NCBI GenBank assembly: GCA_038216085.1
Contig: JBBQQI010000002.1
Coordinates: forward strand, 374 to 64,373
Reading direction: 5' to 3'
Length of the DNA: 64,000 bases
DNA from: Gaiellales bacterium
GTDB lineage: Bacteria > Actinomycetota > Thermoleophilia > Gaiellales > Gaiellaceae
Positions 31,636-38,313 of this stretch are shown here, one piece after another. A program made the translations under genes and the position numbers. The notes under the pieces were generated by a model. That model saw nothing but the letters and a program-made list of their open reading frames with translations, had not been told where the DNA came from and ran no database searches. Within the stretch, counting starts at the first letter, position 1, and every line of letters begins with the position of its first letter.

Positions 31636-31800
31636 TAGAGGCTTGATGTGGATCTCATGCACTCGCGGATAGTGACTCAGACACGTCACAGCTCGCCCGG
31701 GTCGGGCTTGGACATAGTCACCGCTATGCGCTTCGCCCGCCCGAACGAGCTGCTTGGTCTGAGCCATCCCGCAAGCACCCCAATCCACATCAAGCCTCTA
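31636..31800. repeat. 165-bp element bounded by a perfect 18-bp inverted repeat (tagaggcttgatgtggat / atccacatcaagcctcta)
   Basis: The arms are at 31636-31653 and 31783-31800, and the interior has further rod-like pairing. Read as a 16-bp TIR, the element is flanked by TA on both sides. It fills the thrC-like 2 to ppc spacer. Confidence 0.6.
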
Positions 31801-33015
31801 CGAATCGAGGCCGAGTGCCGCGAGCACCTCGCGGGCATCGGGGGCGATCGCCTGCGCACTGCCGACGCCGGCGAGGTCGAGCTGCGGCCGCGACCCGGTG
31901 ACGACGAGCACCACGCGCGACCCGGCCTCGATCTCGCCGCGGCGGATCGCCTCGACGAGTGCGCCAAACGCCGCGCCGCCCGCGCAATCGGCCTCGATCC
32001 CGACTGTCTCGGTGAGCAGAGCGGTGTGCGCCGCAATCGCCTCTTCGGACACCGCGTGGACGGCGCCTCCCGTTGCGCGCGCGGCGCCGAGTGCGAGGTC
32101 GCCGTGTGACGGGTTACCGACCGCGAGCGACGGCACACCGGTGCTCGCCTCGACGCGGGAGATGCTGCGGTCGCCGGCGAAGGCGTCGGCGATCGGGCTC
32201 GATCCCTGTGACTGCCCTGCGAAGAGGCGCGGCACGGGCACGTGCGAGAGGCCGGCGCGCGTCAGCTCCGAGAAGCCCTGCGCGAGCTTCGAGAACAACG
32301 TCCCGCTTGCGGCGGGGCAGACGACGGCGTCGGGGAGCTGCCACTCGAGCTGTTCGGCGATCTCGAAGGAGATCGTCTTCGCACCCTCGCTCGCGTAGGG
32401 ATGGAGATTGCCGCTGACGAAGCCCCATGGGAAGAGCGCGCCGAGCTCGAGCTCGAGGCGGCGGCAGTCGTCGTAGGTGCCCGAGACGGCAAAGACGCGG
32501 GCGCCCGGGTGACGCGCGGCAACGGTCCCGGCGCCGACGCCGGCAGGTGCGAGCACCATCGCCTCGAGCCCGGTGGCGGCCGCCGCGGCGGCGACGGCGT
32601 CGCCGAGGTTGCCCGTCGACGAGCAGCAGACAGTCGTCAACCCGTGCTCGAGGGCCGCCGAGACCGCAAGGGTCGCGATCCGGTCCTTGTAGGAGCGGGT
32701 CGGGTTCTCGCCTTCGAGCTTCAGCAGCAGGTCGATCCCGAGCAGGTCCGAGAGCGAGTCGACGCGCTCGAGCGGCGTCCAGCCCGCCTGGACGCCCATG
32801 GCGGCTGCTGTGGGCAAGAGCGCCGAGTAGCGCCACAGCGAGGGCGGCCCGGCCGCCACCGATGCGGGGCTCACGAGGCGGCCGATCCGCCGCCAGTCGT
32901 AGGCCACGTCCGTCGGGCCGTCGCAGCGCCGGCACGCGTCGAGCGGCTCGAGCTCGGTCACCTCTTCGCAGACGCGGCAGCGCAATGCGGTGGAGCCGTG
33001 CGAGAACGGGCTCAT
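31798..33015 (-). CDS. threonine synthase-like PLP enzyme with N-terminal Cys4 zinc ribbon (paralog 2)
   Basis: It has CRVCEEV...CRRCDG, NPTRSYKDRIA and CSSTGNLGDA. I prefer ATG 33013-33015 (SD GGGGGA) over TTG 33036. Confidence 0.75.
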   Translation of the reverse strand: MSPFSHGSTALRCRVCEEVTELEPLDACRRCDGPTDVAYDWRRIGRLVSPASVAAGPPSLWRYSALLPTAAAMGVQAGWTPLERVDSLSDLLGIDLLLKLEGENPTRSYKDRIATLAVSAALEHGLTTVCCSSTGNLGDAVAAAAAATGLEAMVLAPAGVGAGTVAARHPGARVFAVSGTYDDCRRLELELGALFPWGFVSGNLHPYASEGAKTISFEIAEQLEWQLPDAVVCPAASGTLFSKLAQGFSELTRAGLSHVPVPRLFAGQSQGSSPIADAFAGDRSISRVEASTGVPSLAVGNPSHGDLALGAARATGGAVHAVSEEAIAAHTALLTETVGIEADCAGGAAFGALVEAIRRGEIEAGSRVVLVVTGSRPQLDLAGVGSAQAIAPDAREVLAALGLDS

Positions 33016-33183
33016 CTGCTGCAGTCCCCCGTCCAAATTGTGGAACCTAACCGGGGGGACGGGTGTGTCCGGCTAGGCCAGTCGCGCGCAGGCGATGGCC
33101 GAAATGAGAAAAACCGGCTTCATCGTCGCTGCGGGGCGCATGCGGAGAAGTCTACAGCGACGGCGGCAAAACCTCAACTACTC

Positions 33184-33200
33184 GCTTCAGTTTGTGTAGT
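33184..33200. promoter_or_regulatory. 17-bp palindrome site S5 (GCTTCA-GTTTG-TGTAGT)
   Basis: The left half is exact and the right half matches 4/6. It overlaps a putative -10 TAGTAT (33197-33202) of the PII-amtB leader. Confidence 0.4.
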
Positions 33201-33247
33201 ATCGGACTCGTCCGGTCGCCGCTGCAGGCGGCCGGCAGAGGCATCGA

Positions 33248-33292
33248 GGCCTCGGAAGCACCGTTTTTTGGTGCTCCCGAGGCCTTTTTTTT
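33248..33292 (+). terminator. strong intrinsic terminator inside the PII-amtB leader (candidate attenuator)
   Basis: A 15-position stem (ggcctcggaagcacc / ggtgctcccgaggcc, 14 bp with one A.C mismatch), loop gtttttt, then T8 (33285-33292). It ends 24 nt before the PII start codon. The upstream gene is divergent, so this terminates no upstream CDS. Confidence 0.7.
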
Positions 33293-33315
33293 GTGTCCAA
33301 ACGGGAGGTGGAGCG

Positions 33316-33669
33316 GTGGTGAAGGTCGAGGCGATTGTGATCCGTGAGCGGGTGGAGACGGTGATCGACGCGGTGGAGCAGGCGACCGGGCACGTCGGTG
33401 TGACCGTGATCGAGGCGATCGGTCATGGCCGCGAGCGTGGCGTCACGCACGAGTACCGCGGCCGGGTGTTCGAGTCCCGGTTCCTGCCGAAGGCGATGCT
33501 CGTCTTCGTCGTCGCCGACTCGCTGGCCGACGGCGCGATCGCAGCGATCGTCGATGCGGCGCGGAGCGGGAACGAGTCGGGCGACGGGCTCTGCTGGGCC
33601 TCGCCCGTGTCGAGTGTGATGCACAACCGGACGGGCGTCAGCCTGGAGGAGGTTGGTGTCGGTGCCTAA
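33316..33669 (+). CDS. glnB: P-II family nitrogen regulatory protein
   Basis: Hand-delimited from ORF 32242..33669: VKVEAIVIRERVETVIDAVEQATGHVGVTVIEAIGHGRERGVTHEYRGRVFESRFLPK... SD GGGAGGTG lies at 33303-33310, with GTG at 33316 or 33319. Confidence 0.85.
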   Translation: MVKVEAIVIRERVETVIDAVEQATGHVGVTVIEAIGHGRERGVTHEYRGRVFESRFLPKAMLVFVVADSLADGAIAAIVDAARSGNESGDGLCWASPVSSVMHNRTGVSLEEVGVGA

Positions 33670-35065
33670 GAACCATGACTTGCTGATTGCCGCGTCGACC
33701 ATCTGGGTCGTGATCACGGCGGTGCTCGTGATGTTCATGCAGGCCGGTTTCGCGTTCCTGGAAGCCGGGCTGACGAGGATGAAGAACGCCGGGCACATCG
33801 CCGGCAAGAACGTGCTGATTTTCGGCATCTGCTCGATCGTCTACTGGGCGGTCGGCTTCGGAATCGCCTTCGGCGACGGCAACGGCCTCGTCGGGACGGC
33901 TGGGTTCTTCCCGTCGGTCGTCGCGCTGACCTCGGTCGGGAAGGCGCCGTTTGACTGGTTCTCGGAGATACCGGGGGCGGCCGGCTATTTGTTCGAGGTC
34001 GTCTTCGCCGGCGTCTCGCTCGCGATCGTCTGGGGCGCCATGGCCGAGCGGGCCAAGCTCTGGGTCTACTTCGTCTTCGGCGTCTGGTTCACGATCACCT
34101 ACTCAATCGTCTCGCACTGGATCTGGTCGCCGCACGGCTGGCTGTTCAAGCACGGCATGCAGGACTTCGCCGGCTCGACGGTCGTCCACTACCAAGGCGC
34201 ACTCGCAGCACTGGCGGGCGCACTGATCCTGGGGCCGCGGATCGGCAAGTTTGGCACCGACGGGCGCGCGAACCCGATCCCGGGCCACAACATCCCGTAC
34301 GCCGTCCTCGGCACGCTGATCCTCTGGTTCGGCTGGTTCGGGTTCAACCCGGGCTCGACCCTGTCGGTCGACTACGGCGGCTTCGGCTACTTCGCCTACG
34401 TCGCGCTGACGACGAACATCGCCGCGGCCGCGGGTGCGGTCACCGGCATGTGCGTCGCCTGGGTCAAGCTCGGCAAGCCCGACATCTCGATGATGCTGAA
34501 CGGCGCGCTCGGCGCGCTGGTGGCGATCACCGCCGCCAGCGGCTTCGTCGCGCCGTGGGCGGCGATCCTGATCGGCGTCGGCTCCGGCTTCATCGCCGTC
34601 TTCGGCGTGATCTTCGTCGAGCGGATCGGGATCGACGACCCGATCGGCGCGGTCGCAGTGCACGGGATGTCAGGTGTCTGGGGCACGCTTGCGACCGGCA
34701 TCTTCGCCGTCCCGCTGCTGGCGAAGAACCTCGCAACCGGCACAGGCGGGCTCGTCTACACGGGGTCCTTCCACCAGCTCGGCATCCAGGCGCTCGGCCT
34801 CGTCGCCGTTGGGGCGTTCACGTTCTCGACGTCGTTCGGCGCGCTCTTCGTGATGCACAAGGTCTGGGGGATCCGCGTCGCACCCGAGGTGGAGACCGGC
34901 GGCCTCGACGTTCACGAGCACGGCATGTGGGGCTACCCCGAGTTCTACATCCCGGTTCCGGGCGGCTACGGCACCGATACCCATAGCCATCTCGGGACGG
35001 GCGGGGGGCGGTCGCAGCACACGCCGCTCGCCGTGCACGCGCCGACAACGGTCGGGGAGTCCTGA
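33653..35065 (+). CDS. amtB: ammonium transporter
   Basis: Amt/Rh motifs are present (MQAGFAFLEAG, DFAGSTVVHYQGA, AVHGMSGVWG) with about 11 TM segments. The start overlaps the PII end. Confidence 0.93.
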   Translation: MVSVPKNHDLLIAASTIWVVITAVLVMFMQAGFAFLEAGLTRMKNAGHIAGKNVLIFGICSIVYWAVGFGIAFGDGNGLVGTAGFFPSVVALTSVGKAPFDWFSEIPGAAGYLFEVVFAGVSLAIVWGAMAERAKLWVYFVFGVWFTITYSIVSHWIWSPHGWLFKHGMQDFAGSTVVHYQGALAALAGALILGPRIGKFGTDGRANPIPGHNIPYAVLGTLILWFGWFGFNPGSTLSVDYGGFGYFAYVALTTNIAAAAGAVTGMCVAWVKLGKPDISMMLNGALGALVAITAASGFVAPWAAILIGVGSGFIAVFGVIFVERIGIDDPIGAVAVHGMSGVWGTLATGIFAVPLLAKNLATGTGGLVYTGSFHQLGIQALGLVAVGAFTFSTSFGALFVMHKVWGIRVAPEVETGGLDVHEHGMWGYPEFYIPVPGGYGTDTHSHLGTGGGRSQHTPLAVHAPTTVGES

Positions 35066-35070
35066 ACATG

Positions 35071-35113
35071 GGGGAGGGGGCGGACGTCTCGGCTACGAGT
35101 CCGTTCCCTCCCC
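35071..35113. terminator. GC-rich hairpin between convergent amtB and moaD-like genes
   Basis: ggggaggg/ccctcccc (35071-78 / 35106-13) plus an inner cggac/gtccg stem. There is no U-tract. Confidence 0.4.
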
Positions 35114-35115
35114 TG

Positions 35116-35385
35116 CTACCCGCCGGCGACCGCCGGCAGCAGCAGGATCGTCGCCGCCGGCGAGACGGCCGCGTCGAGGCCGCCGAGCAGGCGGATGTCG
35201 TCGCCATCGACGAACACGTTCAGGTAGCTCGGCACGCCGTCGCCTTCAAGGAGCCGGCTCTCGAGGGCCGGGTGGATCGACACCAGCGCGCTCAGCGCCT
35301 CGCGCACCGTCGCCGCCTCGACCGCGACGGTGCGGTTGCCTGCGGCGTCGGGTCTCAGCACCGGGGGTATGCGGATCTGTGCCAC
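35116..35385 (-). CDS. MoaD/ThiS family sulfur-carrier-like protein (C-terminal GG)
   Basis: 89 aa with a beta-grasp pattern (IRIPPVLR...VFVDGDDI...ILLLPAVAGG-stop). GTG start. Confidence 0.75.
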   Translation of the reverse strand: MAQIRIPPVLRPDAAGNRTVAVEAATVREALSALVSIHPALESRLLEGDGVPSYLNVFVDGDDIRLLGGLDAAVSPAATILLLPAVAGG

Positions 35386-35388
35386 CTC

Positions 35389-35405
35389 GCTTCAAAAGAT
35401 AAAGC
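35389..35405. promoter_or_regulatory. 17-bp palindrome site S6 (GCTTCA-AAAGA-TAAAGC)
   Basis: Exact match to the motif. It lies in the 41-bp divergent gap between the moaD-like gene and the response regulator. Confidence 0.5.
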
Positions 35406-35426
35406 ATTGGCGAAAGGAGCGCGACG

Positions 35427-35963
35427 ATGGACGACCGCCTGCACGTCCTGATCGCCGAGGACGAGACGATCATTCGCCTCGACCTGCGGCAGCTGCTCGA
35501 GGAGGAGGGGCTCGTCGTCTGCGCCGAAGCGCGCGACGGGCTCGAAGCGATCGAGCTCGCGCGCGAGACCGAGCCGGATCTCGCGATTCTCGACGTGAAG
35601 ATGCCGAACCTGGACGGCATCGAGGCCGCGCGCCGCATCTACGCCGAGCGCCCGATTCCGATCGTGATGCTGACTGCGTACTCCGACCCGCCGCTCGTCG
35701 ACCGGGCGATCGGGGCAGGCGTCTTCGGCTACCTCGTGAAGCCGTTTCGCGCGGGCGACATCGTGCCCGCCGTGCGCGCCGCCGTCGCTCGCCACGAGGA
35801 GCTGCTGGCCTCCCGGCGGGACCGTGGCCGCGCCGGCCTGCCGATCGATGTCGATGTCCGCTCGGGCTCGGGAGGCGTCCACTCGTTGCGCCTCCGCCGC
35901 GGTCCGGACGGCGCGCTCAACGTGACACTCAGCCAGCCGGAGCGCGATTCCAAAACTTCATAA
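35427..35963 (+). CDS. response regulator, PdtaR-like receiver with a non-ANTAR C-terminal tail
   Basis: The receiver (VLIAEDETIIRLDL...DLAILDVKMPNLDG...VMLTAYSD...GYLVKPF) is followed by ~55 aa (LPIDVDVRSGSGGVHSLRLRRGPDGALNVTLSQP) with no ANTAR signature. Confidence 0.8.
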   Translation: MDDRLHVLIAEDETIIRLDLRQLLEEEGLVVCAEARDGLEAIELARETEPDLAILDVKMPNLDGIEAARRIYAERPIPIVMLTAYSDPPLVDRAIGAGVFGYLVKPFRAGDIVPAVRAAVARHEELLASRRDRGRAGLPIDVDVRSGSGGVHSLRLRRGPDGALNVTLSQPERDSKTS

Positions 35964-35971
35964 TGTAAAGT
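35955..35971. promoter_or_regulatory. 17-bp palindrome site S7 (ACTTCA-TAATG-TAAAGT)
   Basis: Symmetric variant (A/T at the outer positions). It overlaps the response-regulator stop codon and lies 8 nt upstream of the argB-like ATG. Confidence 0.4.
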
Positions 35972-35979
35972 GAGAGCTG

Positions 35980-36642
35980 ATGAGGCTCACGGTCGTCAAA
36001 TGCGGTGGTGCCGCACTGGCCAGGGAGCCGTTCGTCCTCGACCGCTTCGTGGAGCCGGGGAAGGGAGCCTGTGTCGTGCACGGCGCGGGCGGACGCATCT
36101 CTGCGGCTCTCGGCCGCGCGGGCATCGAGTCTCGTTTCGTCGGCGGGCGGCGCGTGACGAGCGAGGAGGCGCTGCCGCTCGTCCGCGAGGCGTTCGGCCG
36201 GGAGAACGGCGAGCTCTGCCGGCAGATCGGCGCGCGGGCCCACGGCCTGATGGGCGACGACCTGGGCCTCGAAGCCGACCTGCTGCCGGGGTTCGGCCGG
36301 GTGGGGATGCTGCGGCCGATCGTCCCCCCGAGTCTCTGGCGCCTGCTCGAGATCAAGCGCGTGCCGGTGATCGCTCCGCTCGCGCGCGGCCCGCTGAACG
36401 TCAATGCCGACGATGCTGCCGCCGTCCTGTCGATCGCGCTGTGCGCGGACCGGCTCGTCTTCGTCTCCGACGTCGCGGGCGTGATCGTCGACGGCGAGGT
36501 GGTCGAGGAGCTGTCTGCACAGGACATCGCCGGGCTGAACGGCGCGCTGAGCGGCGGGATCCTCCCGAAACTCGAAGCGGCGCTCGCCGCCGCACGCGAA
36601 GGAGTCCGCGCCGAGGTCGGCGCGACGCTCGTCGTCGCATAG
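35980..36642 (+). CDS. amino-acid kinase family protein, acetylglutamate kinase-like (short, 220 aa)
   Basis: It has VVKCGGA, VVHGAGGRI, GGRRVT, NVNADDAAA and GGILPKLEAALAAA, which are collinear with ArgB motifs. No other arg genes are nearby. Confidence 0.7.
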   Translation: MRLTVVKCGGAALAREPFVLDRFVEPGKGACVVHGAGGRISAALGRAGIESRFVGGRRVTSEEALPLVREAFGRENGELCRQIGARAHGLMGDDLGLEADLLPGFGRVGMLRPIVPPSLWRLLEIKRVPVIAPLARGPLNVNADDAAAVLSIALCADRLVFVSDVAGVIVDGEVVEELSAQDIAGLNGALSGGILPKLEAALAAAREGVRAEVGATLVVA

Positions 36643-36658
36643 CTTTACGTTTTGAAGT
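36642..36658. promoter_or_regulatory. 17-bp palindrome site S8 (GCTTTA-CGTTT-TGAAGT)
   Basis: One mismatch to the motif. It overlaps the argB-like stop codon and lies upstream of the cobA remnant and ask. Confidence 0.45.
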
Positions 36659-36691
36659 ATTGCCAGTACGATTTCCGATCCGCAGGAGACC

Positions 36692-36950
36692 ATGGCAACC
36701 TTAGAGTCCTGCGAGATCCTTATCTATGACCGGCTCGTCTCCGGCGAGCTCGTCGCGAAGGCAACTGGAGACATCTGATCGCACGTGAAGGTATGACCCA
36801 ACGCGAGGTGAACGAGCTGCTCGTCGAGCACGGCGCGCGCTTTGGCTGCACTCGCCGAGGCGGGCGTCCCCTACGAGGTCGTGCCCGTCTCGGTGCTGAC
36901 CGCCGCGCCCGCCCTCGTCGGGCATTCCGCTCACCCATCGCGGAACCTCG
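36692..36950 (+). pseudogene. remnant of a uroporphyrinogen-III C-methyltransferase (TP_methylase, cobA/cysG-like) gene
   Basis: Three frame-shifted fragments are recognisable: SCEILIYDRLVSGELV, TQREVNELLVEHGAR and AGVPYEVVP..S.LTAAPAL.G(I/H)(P/S).(T/H)(H/P). The total is about 260 bp, against roughly 750 bp for an intact gene, and local GC is lower. Confidence 0.55.
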
Positions 36951-36972
36951 GCGCAGGTGACGTGAGCCGTTC

Positions 36973-38229
36973 ATGACGACCGAGGCATCGAATCGGCGGG
37001 AGACCGCCAAGCTCGTCGTCCAGAAGTTCGGCGGCTCGTCGCTCGCGACGCCCGAGCGAATCCGCCACGTCGCAGACCGGGTCGCAGCGACCGCGCGCAC
37101 TGGAGTCGCGGTCTGCGTCGTCGTCTCGGCGATGGGCAAGACGACCGACGACCTGCTCGAGCTCGCGGCGGAGGTCTCCGGCGATCCGCATCCGCGCGAG
37201 GTCGACATGCTACTCGCCGCCGGCGAGCAGATTTCGATCGCGCTGCTGACGATGGCGCTGTCAGACCGCGGGCTACCCGCGGTGTCGCTGACGGGGCCGC
37301 AGGCCGGGATCCTCACTGACGGCAGCCACAGGAACGCGCGGATCATCGGCATGCGCGCGGATCGGGTTGCGGCCGCGATCGAGCGTGGGGAGATCCCGAT
37401 TGTCGCCGGCTTCCAGGGTCTCTCGCAGGATCTCGACGTGACGACGCTCGGTCGCGGGGGCTCGGACACGACGGCGGTCGCGCTCGCCGCCGCGCTCGGC
37501 GCAGACGTCTGCGAGATCTACACGGACGTCGACGGCGTATACACAGCCGACCCGCGTCTCGTGCCGAACGCGCGCAAGCTCAGCCGCGTCTCCTACGACG
37601 AGATGCTCGACCTCGCGGCGTGTGGCGCGCGCGTGTTGATGCTCCGCTCGGTCGAGTACGCACGTAAGACTGGTGTCTCACTCCACGTCAGGTCATCCTT
37701 CAGCGAGGATGAAGGGACCTGGGTAGACGACGAATGGGATGCAGTGGAACACGCGATCATCTCGGGCATCGCGCACGACACGAGCGAGGCGAAGGTGACG
37801 CTCTTCGCGGTCCCAGACCAGCCGGGGGTCGCCGCCACCGTCTTCCGGCCGCTGGCCGACGCTGCGATCAACGTCGACATGATCGTGCAGAACGTGTCGG
37901 AGCAGGGGCACACCGACATCTCGTTCACCCTCCCTGAGGAGGACCTCTCGCGGGCGACGACGATCCTCGAGGGCGTTGCGAGCCGCCTCTCGGCTGCGGG
38001 CGTGGTCGCCGATCGCGGCATCGGCAAGGTCTCGCTGATCGGCGCCGGCATGAAGAGCGACCCGGGTGTTGCCGCCGACATGTTTGAGGCGCTCTCGGAG
38101 GCCGGTATCAACATCCAGATCATCTCGACCTCGTCGATCCGCATCTCCTGCGTGATCGAGGAGGACGCCGTCGGCGCCGCCGTGAACGCGGTGCACGAGC
38201 GTTTCCAGCTGCACCTGCGCGAGCCCTGA
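36973..38229 (+). CDS. lysC: aspartate kinase
   Basis: It has [10 protein letters not shown] and [11 protein letters not shown], with two C-terminal ACT domains ([30 protein letters not shown]). Confidence 0.93.
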   Translation: MTTEASNRRETAKLVVQKFGGSSLATPERIRHVADRVAATARTGVAVCVVVSAMGKTTDDLLELAAEVSGDPHPREVDMLLAAGEQISIALLTMALSDRGLPAVSLTGPQAGILTDGSHRNARIIGMRADRVAAAIERGEIPIVAGFQGLSQDLDVTTLGRGGSDTTAVALAAALGADVCEIYTDVDGVYTADPRLVPNARKLSRVSYDEMLDLAACGARVLMLRSVEYARKTGVSLHVRSSFSEDEGTWVDDEWDAVEHAIISGIAHDTSEAKVTLFAVPDQPGVAATVFRPLADAAINVDMIVQNVSEQGHTDISFTLPEEDLSRATTILEGVASRLSAAGVVADRGIGKVSLIGAGMKSDPGVAADMFEALSEAGINIQIISTSSIRISCVIEEDAVGAAVNAVHERFQLHLREP

Positions 38230-38313
38230 GCGCGCGCCGGCCTCGCTGAGTGACGCAAACGGAACCGGTGACGTATCCTGAGAGATGGATATCGACGCCA
38301 CCGAGGAGGAGAC

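Noticed and set aside
31648-32109. 153-aa plus-strand ORF starting inside the inverted-repeat element.
   Set aside because: It is antisense to thrC-like 2 for most of its length, has no SD, and has poor composition.
33073-33123. 16-codon upstream ORF (MKPVFLISAIACARLA) in the thrC-like 2 leader, as a possible attenuation peptide.
   Set aside because: It has no SD and no enrichment for Thr/Met/Cys or any single amino acid. Its position relative to the hairpins is not suggestive.
35790-35963. An ANTAR output domain in the PdtaR-like response regulator, which would have linked it to the PII-amtB attenuator.
   Set aside because: The C-terminal 55 aa lack the ANTAR helical signature in all three forward frames. 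The link to the attenuator is therefore not supported by sequence.
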